The notes beneath the pieces were generated by a model. The model was given only the letters and a program-made list of their open reading frames with translations, was not told the origin of the DNA and ran no database searches. From Planctomycetota bacterium (GTDB lineage Bacteria > Planctomycetota > GCA-002687715 > CAIWVZ01), in the NCBI GenBank assembly GCA_044222185.1, contig JBGANV010000001.1, forward strand, positions 608,001-672,000: a DNA stretch of 64,000 nt, read 5' to 3'. Made by a program: the position numbers and the translations under genes. Positions 1 to 11,722 of this stretch are shown here, in pieces. Within the stretch, counting starts at the first letter, position 1. Every line of letters begins with the position of its first letter.

Positions 1-30
1 AAGAGCGGGACGTGGGTTCGCGAGAAATGA
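1..30 (+). CDS. moaC: 3' end of cyclic pyranopterin monophosphate synthase MoaC (partial)
   Basis: Frame 1 reads KSGTWVREK*, like the MoaC C-terminal GGKSG-x-W motif; TGA overlaps the next ATG (ATGA 27-30); Moco gene context. Confidence 0.55.
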   Translation, partial: KSGTWVREK

Positions 31-653
31 GCGACTCCGACGGCCTGGCGCTGGTGAGGGCGCTCGTGGGCGGGGCGCGGGTGTTCGTTCCAGCGGGCTC
101 GATCCTCCGGGATGGGCGCATGGGACAGCCGGCGAACGGGATCGGAGCCCACGTGCTCGTCGCGTCTGACCGCGCATCGGCGGGCGTGCGGGAGGATGCC
201 TCGTCGCCGTTGCTCCTGGACGAGCTCTGGCTCCTCGGGTACGAGCTGCCCGAGCCGAGCGTCACGATCTCGCCGGACGACGAGGGTGAACTGGGTCGCA
301 GGCTCCGGTCGCTCGTGAGGAACCCACGTATCCGGATCATCCTGACCACGGGTGGCACCGGCGCCGCGCCGCGCGACGTCACGCCGGACGTGACGCGCCG
401 GGAGATCACGCGCGAGCTCCCGGGATTCGGCGAGCTCATGCGGAGCGAATCGCTCAAGAAAACGGTCTACGCGGCCGGTTCCCGCGCCACTGCCGGCACG
501 GTGAACGACAAGCTCATCGTGAACCTGCCGGGAAGCCCGAAAGGCGCCGTGGAGTGCCTGGGATTCATCGCGCGCCCCGCGCGGCACGTCTTGGATCTGA
601 TCGCCGGGAGCGTCTCGGATTGCGGTCCGGTTCGAGATTCCGAGCCCCGGTAG
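27..653 (+). CDS. MogA/MoaB-family molybdopterin adenylyltransferase
   Basis: Motifs VASDRAS, TTGGTG-xx-PRDVTP, LPGFGE, NLPGSPKG; ATG at 27 coupled to upstream stop. Confidence 0.85.
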   Translation: MSDSDGLALVRALVGGARVFVPAGSILRDGRMGQPANGIGAHVLVASDRASAGVREDASSPLLLDELWLLGYELPEPSVTISPDDEGELGRRLRSLVRNPRIRIILTTGGTGAAPRDVTPDVTRREITRELPGFGELMRSESLKKTVYAAGSRATAGTVNDKLIVNLPGSPKGAVECLGFIARPARHVLDLIAGSVSDCGPVRDSEPR

Positions 654-688
654 GTGTGGCGGGATCGCGCGCGGCGAGCTGCGCTCCG

Positions 689-716
689 TTGACGCCCCCT
701 CCCCCCGGGGTAGATT
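689..716 (+). promoter_or_regulatory. Putative sigma70-type promoter of accB-accC
   Basis: TTGACG(689-694)-N16-TAGATT(711-716), 65 nt upstream of the accB ATG. Confidence 0.5.
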
Positions 717-780
717 AGGCGCCGCTTTGTTGGAATCGGAACGACGGACCGTTTGTACGCGCGCCCCGGGGGTCGCCAGG

Positions 781-1248
781 ATGGACCTGAAGGAACTGAG
801 GAAGCTCGTCTCGCTCATGAACGAGAACAACCTCGTCGAGCTCGAGATCGCGGAAGACGGCCGGAAGTGCGTGCTGAAAAAGGCCGCCCCACCGCAGGTT
901 GCGGCCATGCCGGCCTACGCGTTTGCGCCTCCGCAGGCCGCCGTTCCATCGGCTGCGCCCGCCTCAGCCGCGACGCCGCGCGCGACGACACCGACCCGCC
1001 CCGCGGAAGACACGGTGACGTTCAACTCGCCGATCGTCGGCACGTTCTACAAGTCCGCGTCGCCGGACGCGGATGCGTTCGTGAAGGCGGGCGACAAGGT
1101 CGGGCCTGACACGGTCCTCTGTCTCATCGAAGCCATGAAGGTCTTCAACGAGATCAAGGCCGAGATGTCCGGCACGATCATCGACGTCCTGGTCGAGAAC
1201 CAAGAGGCGGTGGAGTTCAACCAGCCTCTCTTCCTCATCAAGCGATGA
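781..1248 (+). CDS. accB: Acetyl-CoA carboxylase biotin carboxyl carrier protein
   Basis: [10 protein letters not shown] start, Ala/Pro linker, [17 protein letters not shown] biotinylation motif. Confidence 0.95.
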   Translation: MDLKELRKLVSLMNENNLVELEIAEDGRKCVLKKAAPPQVAAMPAYAFAPPQAAVPSAAPASAATPRATTPTRPAEDTVTFNSPIVGTFYKSASPDADAFVKAGDKVGPDTVLCLIEAMKVFNEIKAEMSGTIIDVLVENQEAVEFNQPLFLIKR

Positions 1249-1249
1249 C

Positions 1250-2605
1250 GTGAAGATGTTCCAGCGCATTCTCGTGGCCAACCGCGGCGAAATCGCCGTC
1301 CGGATCATCCGCGCGTGCAAGGAGCTCGGAATCGAGACCGTGGCGGTCTACTCGGAGGTCGACGAGGATGCGCTGCACCTTCGTTACGCCGACGAGACGA
1401 TCTGCATCGGCCCCGGCCCGAGCCTCAAGTCGTACCTCGACATCCCGCGGATCATCGCGGCCGCCGAGATCGCCGACGTGGACGCCATCCACCCGGGCTA
1501 CGGCTTCCTCTCCGAGCGGTCGCGGTTCGCCGAAGTCTGCAAGGCCTGCAACATCACGTTCATCGGCCCGAGCCCCGAGACCATCGAGGCCGTGGGCAAC
1601 AAGGCGCGCGCGCGTGACCTCGCCCGCGTGGCCGGGGTTCCCACGGTCCCCGGCAGCGACGGCCTCGTCCCAGACGAGGAGGAGGCACGCAAGGTCGCCG
1701 CGAAGATCGGCTACCCCGTGATGATCAAGGCTGCGGCCGGCGGGGGTGGTCGCGGAATGCGCGTGGCGCACAACGAGATGTCGCTCCTCTCGGGCTTCGC
1801 GCAGGCGAAGGCGGAGGCGCAGGCGGCGTTCGCCGACTCGAGCATCTACATCGAGCGGTTCGTCGAGCGGCCCCGACACGTCGAGATCCAGATCCTCGCG
1901 GACGCGCACGGCAACATCGTCTACCTGGGAGAGCGCGACTGCTCCGTCCAGCGGCGACATCAGAAGCTGATCGAGGAGTCGCCCTCGCCGATCATGACGC
2001 CCGAGCTGCGCAGGGCCATGGGGGAGGCGGCGGTACGGTTCGCGCGGGCCGGCAACTACGTCAACGCCGGGACCGTCGAGTTTCTCGTGGATCGGCACCG
2101 CAACTTCTACTTCATGGAGATGAACTCCCGCATCCAGGTCGAGCACCCGGTCACGGAGATCGTGACGGGCGTCGACCTCGTGAAGGAGCAGATCCGGATC
2201 GCTGCCGGAGGCGAGCTGCCTTTCCGGCAGGAGGACATCGTCGTCCGCGGGCATGCGATCGAAGTGCGGGTAAACGCCGAGGATCCAGCCAACAACTTCC
2301 GGCCGAACCCCGGCAAGGTCACGAACTACCTCCCGCCGGGCGGACCTGGCGTGCGCGTCGACTCGCACCTCTATTCGGGGTACACGATCCCGCCGCATTA
2401 CGACAGCCTGCTCGCCAAGGTCATCGCATTCCGCAGCACGCGTGAGGAGACGATGTCCACGTTGGCGCGAGCCCTCGGCGAGATGCAGGTCGAAGGAGTC
2501 GCGACGACCATTCCGTTCTTCCTGAAGGTCCTGGAAAACGCGGCTTTCCGCTCGGGCGACTTCGACACCGGCTTCGTCGAGGCCCACAAGACGTCGCTCT
2601 TCTAG
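1250..2605 (+). CDS. accC: Biotin carboxylase
   Basis: [48 protein letters not shown]. Confidence 0.97.
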   Translation: MKMFQRILVANRGEIAVRIIRACKELGIETVAVYSEVDEDALHLRYADETICIGPGPSLKSYLDIPRIIAAAEIADVDAIHPGYGFLSERSRFAEVCKACNITFIGPSPETIEAVGNKARARDLARVAGVPTVPGSDGLVPDEEEARKVAAKIGYPVMIKAAAGGGGRGMRVAHNEMSLLSGFAQAKAEAQAAFADSSIYIERFVERPRHVEIQILADAHGNIVYLGERDCSVQRRHQKLIEESPSPIMTPELRRAMGEAAVRFARAGNYVNAGTVEFLVDRHRNFYFMEMNSRIQVEHPVTEIVTGVDLVKEQIRIAAGGELPFRQEDIVVRGHAIEVRVNAEDPANNFRPNPGKVTNYLPPGGPGVRVDSHLYSGYTIPPHYDSLLAKVIAFRSTREETMSTLARALGEMQVEGVATTIPFFLKVLENAAFRSGDFDTGFVEAHKTSLF

Positions 2606-2716
2606 CGCCGTTCATGGTGCTTGGGCGGGCCGGGGCTTCCGGTCGCCCCTGACCGCCGCTAAACCTTGGGCTCACCTTCGAGCCCGATCCGCATTTCGGA
2701 GACCCGAGACCTCCAC

Positions 2717-3655
<939 letters not shown>

Positions 3656-3852
3656 CTCCAGCGCTCTTGCGCAAACCCGCTGCGCACGAACGGATCAAGT
3701 CCCCATCGGTTCGGGTTCGATCAACACTCCGGGGCGGTCCAACCGCTCGGCCTACCACTCGGGTTCAAAAGGGTTTCACGGGAGTCGGATTGCTAAGTTT
3801 CGCGCTGCGCCGTTGCGGCTGATCCTCGAGTCGCCGGCCGAAGTCCAAAAAC

Positions 3853-5688
3853 ATGTGCGGAATCATTGGTTGTGCGTCGACGGACATGCCGGTCGTCCCC
3901 ATGATCCTCGGTGGGCTGAAGCGCCTCGAGTATCGCGGCTACGACTCCGCCGGCATCGCCGTGATCGACGGCGGCGAACTGAAGGTCGTGCGTGAGGTCG
4001 GCAAGCTCCGACGGCTCGAAGAGGTCCTGAACGGGACGGCACTGCACGGACGGACCGGGCTGGGGCACACGCGCTGGGCGACTCACGGCCGCCCGAGCGA
4101 GCACAACGCGCACCCGCACACGAGCGGCAATGGCGCCATCGTCGCCGTGCACAACGGCATCATCGAGAATTACCGCGAGCTGCGCGAGATGCTCGTGGAG
4201 CGCGGACACGTCTTCGCTTCCGAGACGGACAGTGAAGTCATCCCGCACCTGATCGAGCACCACGACAAGGGCGACCTGTTGTCCGCCGTCGTCGCGGCCG
4301 TGAACGACCTTTCCGGGTCCTTTGGCGTGTCCGTGATCCATCGCGATCACCCGGGCGTCGTCGTCGGCGTGCGGAAGGACAGCCCGCTGATCGTCGGCCT
4401 CGCGGATGGGCGCAACATGGTCGCGAGCGACGTCGCGGCCGTCATCGAATACACGAAGCGCGTGATCTTCCTCGAGGATCGGGACATCGCCGTCGTCACG
4501 CCCAACAGCGTGAAGATCTACGACTTCTCCGGCCGCGAGGTCACGCGCCCGGTGACGACGGTCACTTGGGATCTCGCCCAGGCCGAAAAAGGCGGGTTCG
4601 AGCACTTCATGCTCAAGGAGATCCACGACCAGCCCACCGTCGTCACGGACAACCTCATCGGCCGCATCGACGAGCAGGACGGCACCATCGTCCTCGACGA
4701 GCTGAACGTTTCCGACGACGCGCTCCGGCACTTGAACCGCATCACGATCGTCGCCTGCGGGACCTCTTGGCACGCGGGTCTCGTCGGGAAGTTCTACCTG
4801 GAGAAGCTCGCGCGGATCCCCGTCGACGTCGACTACGCGTCCGAGATGCGCTACCGCGATCCGATCCTGGACGGGCGCAGTCTCGTGATCGCGATCTCGC
4901 AATCGGGGGAGACGGCGGACACGATCGCCGCGATCCGCCGGGCGAAGGTCGATTTCAACTGCCGCACGGTCGGACTCTGCAACGTCGTCGGCTCGACGAT
5001 CGCGCGTGAGTGCACCGGTCGCGTGATGACGCACGCGGGCCCGGAGATCGGCGTCGCGTCGACGAAGGCCTTCATGGGCCAACTCGTCGGGATGCTGCTT
5101 CTGGCGCTGCGCATCGGCCAGGCCCGCGGAACGCTCACACCGGCAGACATCCGTCGCGTCGTCGATCAGCTCCGGCGCCTCCCGCAGTTCATCGTGCGGG
5201 CGCTGGGGACGTCGGCGCAGATCCAGGATGTGGCGGAGCGGTTCTTCGAGGCACGTGACTTTCTCTTCCTGGGACGCGGGATCTGCTACCCGATCGCCCT
5301 CGAGGGGGCGCTCAAACTGAAGGAAATCTCGTACATCCACGCCGAGGGATACCCGGCGGGAGAGATGAAGCACGGACCCATCGCGCTCATCGACGAGACG
5401 CTCCCAGTCGTCGCGATCGCGACGCGGGGGCAGGTGTACGACAAGGTCGTCGGAAACATCGAGGAGGTTCGCGCTCGAGGCGGGCGCATCCTCGCATTGG
5501 TCAATGAAGGTGACGAGCGAGTGGGCCGGCTGGCCGAGCTCACGATCACGGTGCCTGAAGTCGACACCGTGCTGTCACCGATGGTGAATGTGGTGCCGCT
5601 GCAGCTTCTGGCCTACTGGACGGCGCGGCGTCGCGGTTGCGACGTCGACCAGCCCAGGAATCTGGCGAAGAGCGTCACGGTGGAGTGA
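3853..5688 (+). CDS. glmS: Glutamine-fructose-6-phosphate transaminase
   Basis: MCGIIG, LEYRGYDSAG, GHTRWATHG, SQSGETAD, C-terminal PRNLAKSVTVE. Confidence 0.98.
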   Translation: MCGIIGCASTDMPVVPMILGGLKRLEYRGYDSAGIAVIDGGELKVVREVGKLRRLEEVLNGTALHGRTGLGHTRWATHGRPSEHNAHPHTSGNGAIVAVHNGIIENYRELREMLVERGHVFASETDSEVIPHLIEHHDKGDLLSAVVAAVNDLSGSFGVSVIHRDHPGVVVGVRKDSPLIVGLADGRNMVASDVAAVIEYTKRVIFLEDRDIAVVTPNSVKIYDFSGREVTRPVTTVTWDLAQAEKGGFEHFMLKEIHDQPTVVTDNLIGRIDEQDGTIVLDELNVSDDALRHLNRITIVACGTSWHAGLVGKFYLEKLARIPVDVDYASEMRYRDPILDGRSLVIAISQSGETADTIAAIRRAKVDFNCRTVGLCNVVGSTIARECTGRVMTHAGPEIGVASTKAFMGQLVGMLLLALRIGQARGTLTPADIRRVVDQLRRLPQFIVRALGTSAQIQDVAERFFEARDFLFLGRGICYPIALEGALKLKEISYIHAEGYPAGEMKHGPIALIDETLPVVAIATRGQVYDKVVGNIEEVRARGGRILALVNEGDERVGRLAELTITVPEVDTVLSPMVNVVPLQLLAYWTARRRGCDVDQPRNLAKSVTVE

Positions 5689-5696
5689 GAGGAGTC

Positions 5697-7022
5697 ATGA
5701 CGGAACAGCTTTCCAGCGTCGCACAGGAGTTGATGCGCCGCATCAAGGACCGAACGGCGACCTGTGGAGTGATCGGCCTGGGCTACGTCGGGCTCCCGCT
5801 CGCGCTGGAGTTCGCCCGCGCCGGCTTCAAGGTGATCGGCTACGACGTCGATCCGAAGCGCGTCAAGGCGGTCAACGAGGCGAAGTCGTACGTGGGTGAC
5901 ATCCACGATCACGAGCTCGCGCCGTTCGTGAAGGAAGGGAAGCTCCGTGCTGCGTTGCCCGATGATTCGCTCGGGCAGTGCGACACCATCTCGATCTGCG
6001 TCCCCACGCCGCTCCGCAAGAGCAAGGATCCGGACATCTCCTACATCGTGTCGGCGACCCGCGAGGTCGCCCAGCGCATCCGAAAGGGCCAGCTGATCGT
6101 GCTCGAGAGCACGACGTACCCCGGCACGACGACCGAGGTCATCCTCCCCGAGCTCGAGAAGAAGGGGATGAAGGCCGGCCAGGACATCTTCCTGTCGTTC
6201 TCGCCGGAGCGCGTCGATCCGGGCAACCCCACGTTCAAGACCAAGAACACGCCCAAGGTCATCGGCGGTCGCACGGAAGCGTGCCGCCAGCTCACGCACG
6301 CGCTCTACTCGTGCGCCGTCGACCGCGTCGTCGTCGTGTCGAGCCCCGAGTCCGCCGAGATGGTGAAGCTCCTCGAGAACACCTTCCGCAGCGTGAACAT
6401 CGGCCTCGTCAACGAGATGGCGATCATGTGCAAGAAGCTCGGCTGCGACGTGTGGGAGGTCATCGAGGCCGCGGCGACCAAGCCGTTCGGCTTCATGCCC
6501 TTCTTCCCGGGGCCGGGACTCGGGGGCCACTGCATCCCCATCGACCCGCACTACCTCTCGTGGAAGCTGAAGACGTTGAACTACAACGCCCGCTTCATCG
6601 AACTCGCCGGCGACGTCAACAGCCACATGCCCGACTACGTCGTCGAGCTGGTGTCGGAGACGCTCAACGAAGACAAGAAGGCCGTCAACGGTTCGAAGGT
6701 CCTGATCCTGGGCGCCGCCTACAAGAAGAACGTCAGCGACTGCCGCGAGTCGCCAGCGCTCGACGTCATCGAGCTCCTGCGCCACCGCGGAGCGGAGGTC
6801 AACTACTGCGATCCGCACTCGTCCGAGCTTCACTTCGAGAAGCGCGTCATGAAGGCGGTGCCGTTCGATGCCGAGCAGCTGTCGGCCGCCGATTGCGTCG
6901 TCGTCGTCACGGACCATTCGGCCTTCGATGCCAAGCTCGTCGCCAAACACGCCAAGGTCGTCATCGACACGCGGAACATGCTGAAGGGACTGACGGGCCC
7001 GGCCCGGATCGTCCGGCTCTGA
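5697..7022 (+). CDS. UDP-N-acetylhexosamine 6-dehydrogenase (WbpA/WecC/TviB family)
   Basis: GLGYVGLP, CVPTP, ESTTYPG, SPERVDPG, GGHCIPIDP; RBS GAGGAG before ATG 5697. Confidence 0.9.
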   Translation: MTEQLSSVAQELMRRIKDRTATCGVIGLGYVGLPLALEFARAGFKVIGYDVDPKRVKAVNEAKSYVGDIHDHELAPFVKEGKLRAALPDDSLGQCDTISICVPTPLRKSKDPDISYIVSATREVAQRIRKGQLIVLESTTYPGTTTEVILPELEKKGMKAGQDIFLSFSPERVDPGNPTFKTKNTPKVIGGRTEACRQLTHALYSCAVDRVVVVSSPESAEMVKLLENTFRSVNIGLVNEMAIMCKKLGCDVWEVIEAAATKPFGFMPFFPGPGLGGHCIPIDPHYLSWKLKTLNYNARFIELAGDVNSHMPDYVVELVSETLNEDKKAVNGSKVLILGAAYKKNVSDCRESPALDVIELLRHRGAEVNYCDPHSSELHFEKRVMKAVPFDAEQLSAADCVVVVTDHSAFDAKLVAKHAKVVIDTRNMLKGLTGPARIVRL

Positions 7023-7023
7023 C

Positions 7024-7983
7024 ATGAGCACGATCCTCGTCACCGGCGGCGCTGGCTTCATCGGCTCGCACCTCTGCGAGGCGTTGCTCGCGCGCGGCGA
7101 TCGCGTCGTCATCGTCGACAACTTCAACACGTTCTACGACCCTGCGATCAAGCGCCGGAACGTGGAGGCGATCCGCCGCGCCGGCGGCTCGGTCGAGCTC
7201 TTGGAGTGCGACATCCGCGATCGCGCGGCGATGTTCCAGGTGCATGAGCGCGTGCGCCCGAGCATCGTCGTCCACCTGGCCGCCATGGCGGGCGTGCGAC
7301 CGTCGATCGACGACCCGGCGCTCTACACGGACGTGAACCTCGTCGGCACCACGAACATGCTCGACGCCGCCGTGAAGACGAAGGTCGAGCGCTTCGTGTT
7401 CGCCTCGTCGTCGTCCGTCTACGGCAACAACGAGAAGGTTCCGTTCTCGGAGGACGACCGGGTAGACGCACCCGTGTCGCCGTACGCCGCGACGAAGAAG
7501 GCGGGCGAACTGATTGCCCACACGTACTCGCACCTCCACGGGCTTCCCGTGACGTGCCTGCGGTTCTTCACCGTCTACGGTCCGCGCCAGCGCCCCGAGA
7601 TGGCGATCCACAAGTTCGCTCGCTTGATCCTGGCGGGGAAGCCCGTTCCGTTCTTCGGTGACGGGTCCACGCGGCGCGACTACACCTACATCGCCGACAT
7701 CATCGACGGGGTCGTCCGGTCGATCGACCGGGCGAAGGGTTTCAACGTCTACAACCTGGGAGAGTCGCGCACCATCACGCTCTCCGAGCTGATTTCCGCG
7801 TTGGAACGAGTCCTCGGGAAGAAGGCGATCCTCGATCGTCAGCCCGAGCAGCCTGGCGACGTGAAGACCACGTTCGCGGACGTGTCGCATGCGCGCCGTG
7901 ACCTCGGATACAACCCGTCCTTCCCGCTCGAGGAAGGCCTCAAGCACTTCGCCGCCTGGTTGCAGACGGAAGGAGCACGATGA
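7024..7983 (+). CDS. NAD-dependent epimerase, UDP-glucuronate 4-epimerase-like
   Basis: [40 protein letters not shown]. Confidence 0.88.
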   Translation: MSTILVTGGAGFIGSHLCEALLARGDRVVIVDNFNTFYDPAIKRRNVEAIRRAGGSVELLECDIRDRAAMFQVHERVRPSIVVHLAAMAGVRPSIDDPALYTDVNLVGTTNMLDAAVKTKVERFVFASSSSVYGNNEKVPFSEDDRVDAPVSPYAATKKAGELIAHTYSHLHGLPVTCLRFFTVYGPRQRPEMAIHKFARLILAGKPVPFFGDGSTRRDYTYIADIIDGVVRSIDRAKGFNVYNLGESRTITLSELISALERVLGKKAILDRQPEQPGDVKTTFADVSHARRDLGYNPSFPLEEGLKHFAAWLQTEGAR

Positions 7984-9122
7984 GCCGTCCGCGTCTCGAC
8001 GTCATCACGATCGCCGGCGCGCGACCGAACTTCATGAAGGTGGCCCCGCTCTCCTGGGCGTTTGCCGCCATGGAAGACGTGCGTCACCGGATCGTGCACA
8101 CGGGTCAGCACTACGACCGGAACATGTCCGACACGTTCTTCGACGACCTGGAGATTCCGGACCCGTGGCGGAATCTGAACGTCGGCTCGGGAACGCACGC
8201 GCGCCAGACGGCCGAGATCATGACGCGGTTCGAGCCGCTCCTGGACGAGGATCGACCCGACGTCGTGGTGGTCGTCGGTGACGTCAACAGCACGATCGCT
8301 TGCGCGCTGGTCGCGGTGAAGAAGGGCATCCCCGTCGCCCACGTCGAGGCCGGGCTTCGCTCGTTCGACCGCACCATGCCGGAGGAGATCAACCGCATCC
8401 TCACGGACTCGATCTCCGACGTCCTCTTCGTGACGGAGCCGTCCGGCATCCGCAACTTGAAGCACGATGGCGTGCCCGACGAGCGCGTCGTCCTCTCGGG
8501 CAACGTGATGATCGACACCCTCGTGCGCTTTCGGGAGAAGGCCCGCGCGAGCAAGGCGCTCGCCACGCTGGGGCTGAAGCCGCGCGGGTTCGGAGTGCTG
8601 ACGCTCCATCGTCCCGCGAACGTCGACGATCCGGCGCGGTTGAAGCCCCTGATGGAGGCGCTCTGCGACGTCGCTCGCGAGTGTCCGCTCGTGTTCCCGA
8701 TCCACCCGCGCACACGCACGCGCCTGACGGAGTTCGGCATCGACGCGGCGACGCGGCCGGGACTGATCCTCTGCGACCCGCTCCGATACCTGGACTTCCT
8801 GGCACTGATGGACCAGGCGAAACTGCTGCTCACGGACTCGGGCGGGATCCAGGAGGAGGCGTGCCTCGTGCAGGTTCCGTGCCTCACGCTCCGTGAGAAC
8901 ACCGAGCGCCCCGTCACCGTCGAAGTGGGCATCAACAAGCTCGTGGGGACCGATCCCGCGCGCGTCCGCGAGGAAGCCCTGCGCATCATCCGCCAGGGTC
9001 ATCAACCGACACGCGTGCCGGACCTGTGGGACGGCCGCGCAGCGACGCGAATTGCCGACGTCCTCCTGACGAAGTACGGGCGTCCCGCACGAACCGGCCA
9101 ACCGGTCGGAGGAAACTCATGA
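7980..9122 (+). CDS. wecB: UDP-N-acetylglucosamine 2-epimerase (non-hydrolysing)
   Basis: GARPNFMK, HTGQHYD, HVEAGLRS, PEEINR, TDSGGIQEE, TERP. Confidence 0.93.
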   Translation: MSRPRLDVITIAGARPNFMKVAPLSWAFAAMEDVRHRIVHTGQHYDRNMSDTFFDDLEIPDPWRNLNVGSGTHARQTAEIMTRFEPLLDEDRPDVVVVVGDVNSTIACALVAVKKGIPVAHVEAGLRSFDRTMPEEINRILTDSISDVLFVTEPSGIRNLKHDGVPDERVVLSGNVMIDTLVRFREKARASKALATLGLKPRGFGVLTLHRPANVDDPARLKPLMEALCDVARECPLVFPIHPRTRTRLTEFGIDAATRPGLILCDPLRYLDFLALMDQAKLLLTDSGGIQEEACLVQVPCLTLRENTERPVTVEVGINKLVGTDPARVREEALRIIRQGHQPTRVPDLWDGRAATRIADVLLTKYGRPARTGQPVGGNS

Positions 9123-10078
9123 ATTGCCTCGTCACCGGTGGAGCCGGGTTCATCGGCTCCAATCTCGTCGAAGGACTTCTCGAGCGCGGCGCGAAGGTCC
9201 GCGTCGTCGACAACCTCTCGACGGGCGATCTCGCCAACCTCGCCGCGGTGAAGGATCGGATCGAGGTTCGCAACGTGGACATCCGCCAGGCGGAGGAGAT
9301 GGCGGCCGCCTGCCGAGGAATCGACACGGTCTTCCACCTGGCAGCCATGCCGAGCGTTCCACGCAGCATCGAAGATCCGATGACGTCGTTCCAGGTGAAC
9401 GCGGCGGGCACCCTCAACGTGATGATGGCGGCGAAGGCGGCGGGCGTGCGGCGCGTCGTGTACTCGGCGTCGTCGTCCGCCTACGGCGACACGCCGACGC
9501 TGCCCAAGATCGAGACCATGGCGCCGAATCCGAAGAGCCCGTACGCCGCGGACAAGCTCCACGGCGAGAACCTCTGCCGGGTTTTCACGAGCGCCTACGG
9601 ACTCGAATGCGTCGCGCTGCGCTACTTCAACATCTTCGGACCGAAGCAGAAGCCGGACTCGGCCTATGCGGCCGTGATTCCGCGGTTCATCGACGCGTTC
9701 ACGAAAGGACAGAGCCCCACGATCTATGGAGACGGCGAGCAGAGCCGCGACTTCACGTTCGTGAAGAACGCGGTTCGCGCCAACATCCTGGCAGCCGAGC
9801 GACCGAACGCGGCGGGGCAGGTCTTCAACATCGGGAACGGCGTGCGGACCACACTCAACGAACTCCTGAAGATCATCGCCGCCGAGATGGGCGTGTCGCC
9901 GAAGGCGACGTATGCTCCCGAGCGCGCCGGTGACGTGAAGCACTCGCTTGCCGACATCGGCCGTGCGCGAGACGTACTCGGTTACACGCCGGACGTTTCG
10001 CTCAGTGCCGGATTGAAGCAGACCGTCGCATGGTTCTTGTCGTTGCGCGGAGCTGCTCGCGACAAGGAGCGTGTATGA
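9119..10078 (+). CDS. SDR nucleotide-sugar 4-epimerase (WbpP/TviC-like)
   Basis: [42 protein letters not shown]; ATGA overlap with wecB. Confidence 0.88.
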   Translation: MNCLVTGGAGFIGSNLVEGLLERGAKVRVVDNLSTGDLANLAAVKDRIEVRNVDIRQAEEMAAACRGIDTVFHLAAMPSVPRSIEDPMTSFQVNAAGTLNVMMAAKAAGVRRVVYSASSSAYGDTPTLPKIETMAPNPKSPYAADKLHGENLCRVFTSAYGLECVALRYFNIFGPKQKPDSAYAAVIPRFIDAFTKGQSPTIYGDGEQSRDFTFVKNAVRANILAAERPNAAGQVFNIGNGVRTTLNELLKIIAAEMGVSPKATYAPERAGDVKHSLADIGRARDVLGYTPDVSLSAGLKQTVAWFLSLRGAARDKERV

Positions 10079-10803
10079 AGGGGATCATCCTCGCAGGAGG
10101 ACTGGGGACGCGGCTTCACCCGTTGACGCGGGTGACGAACAAGCACCTGCTGCCCGTCTGGAACAAGCCGATGGTGTACTACCCGATCGAGTGCCTCGTC
10201 GGCGCGGGTATCACCGACATCATGCTGGTCACGGGCGGGAACAACGCGGGCGACTTCCTGCGGCTCCTCGGCAACGGAAGCGAGTTCGGGCTGAAGCACC
10301 TGAACTACACCTACCAACAGGGCGAGGCGGGCATCGCCGACGCCCTGCGTCTCTGCGAGCACTTCGCGGACGGCGAGCGCGTCTGCGTCGTCCTCGGTGA
10401 CAACATCATCGAGAACAACATCAAGAAGGCCGTCCAGACCTTCGAGAACAGCAACTTCGGCGCCAAGATCCTGCTGAAGGAAGTGACGGATCCGGAGCGC
10501 TTCGGCGTCGCCGAGCTCGACGGGAGCCGCGTCGTCAGCATCGAAGAGAAGCCCAAGAAGCCCAAGTCGAACTTCGCCGTCATCGGCATCTACATGTTCG
10601 ACCACCGGGTCTTCGAGATCATCCGCACGCTGAAGCCGAGTGCTCGCGGCGAGCTCGAGATCACCGACGTCAACAACGCGTACATCAAGCTGAACGCCAT
10701 GACGTGGGAGAAGCTGGACGGCTGGTGGACGGACGCCGGTACGTTCGAGTCGCTCCATCGCGCGTCGAACCTCGTGCACGACGGCGGCGCGAACCGTCCC
10801 TGA
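10075..10803 (+). CDS. rmlA: Glucose-1-phosphate thymidylyltransferase (short RmlA/SpsI type)
   Basis: GIILAGGLGTRLHPLT, NKHLLP, EKP, SARGELEITD, WTDAGT. Confidence 0.88.
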   Translation: MKGIILAGGLGTRLHPLTRVTNKHLLPVWNKPMVYYPIECLVGAGITDIMLVTGGNNAGDFLRLLGNGSEFGLKHLNYTYQQGEAGIADALRLCEHFADGERVCVVLGDNIIENNIKKAVQTFENSNFGAKILLKEVTDPERFGVAELDGSRVVSIEEKPKKPKSNFAVIGIYMFDHRVFEIIRTLKPSARGELEITDVNNAYIKLNAMTWEKLDGWWTDAGTFESLHRASNLVHDGGANRP

Positions 10804-10815
10804 ACCGCTGACCCC

Positions 10816-11682
10816 ATGGACAAGGCGCTCCTGCTCGGTGCGCGCGGCATGCTCGGCCGGCGCCTCCGCGAAGTCCTCGCGCGTCGCTACCGGGTGATCC
10901 CGACGGCGCACCACGCCGTCGACGACGTGGCTGCGTTGGACGTCTGTGACTTTGCCGCCGTCCGCGCGGCCGTAGAGGAGTCGCGACCGGCCGTCGTGGT
11001 GAACGCGGCCGCGTACACCGCCGTCGATCGCGCCGAAACCGAGTCCGACCTCGCGTGGCGCGTGAACGCCCTCGCTCCAGGCTTTGCGTCGCAAGCGGCT
11101 CACGAGGTCGGCGCGGTGATCGTTCACGTCTCGACGGACTTCGTCTTCGACGGCAATACGTCCGTGCCCTACGTCGAGACGGACCCCGTCGCTCCGAAGA
11201 GCGCCTACGGGCGGACGAAGGAGGCGGGGGAGAGGCTCGTGCGCGAGCGCAATCCGCGCCACGTGATCGCGCGGACGCAGTGGCTCTACGGGCCTGACGG
11301 GCGGCACTTCGCGGCGACCATGGTGCGCCTGGCTCGTGAAGGAAAACCTCTTCGCGTGGTGAAGGATCAGACCGGTGCTCCCACCTACGCCCCCGACGTC
11401 GCGGAACAGATCCTGCGAATCATGGACGCCGGGCTCTTGGGCACGATCCACGTCGCAAATCGCGGTCAGGCAACGTGGCACGCGTTCGCCGAAGCCATCC
11501 TGAAACGCGCCGGCCTGGATGTCGGCGTCACGCCGATCTCGACGGCCGAGTTCGGCGCCCCGGCCGTTCGCCCGGCCTTCTCCGTCTTGAGAAACGCCGT
11601 GCTCGAAGCGACTATCGGAAACCTCATGCGTCCGTGGGACGAAGCCCTGGATGCATTCGCCGCAACCGGTGGACTGAAGTGA
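10816..11682 (+). CDS. rmlD: dTDP-4-dehydrorhamnose reductase
   Basis: GARGMLG, NAAAYTAVDRAE, STDFVFDG, YGRTK, DQTGAPT. Confidence 0.92.
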   Translation: MDKALLLGARGMLGRRLREVLARRYRVIPTAHHAVDDVAALDVCDFAAVRAAVEESRPAVVVNAAAYTAVDRAETESDLAWRVNALAPGFASQAAHEVGAVIVHVSTDFVFDGNTSVPYVETDPVAPKSAYGRTKEAGERLVRERNPRHVIARTQWLYGPDGRHFAATMVRLAREGKPLRVVKDQTGAPTYAPDVAEQILRIMDAGLLGTIHVANRGQATWHAFAEAILKRAGLDVGVTPISTAEFGAPAVRPAFSVLRNAVLEATIGNLMRPWDEALDAFAATGGLK

Positions 11683-11722
11683 TCCGCGTCGGGGCGGTGG
11701 CGACCGACCCGAAGGCTCTTCG

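Noticed and set aside
3779-3794. Sigma54 promoter upstream of glmS
   Set aside because: GG-N10-GC spacing is present but the -24 element is a poor match to TGGCAC
3656-3852. glmS ribozyme upstream of glmS
   Set aside because: An AGCGC is present, but the rest of the conserved core (AGCGCC...GACGAGG) and the P1/P2 architecture are not recognisable
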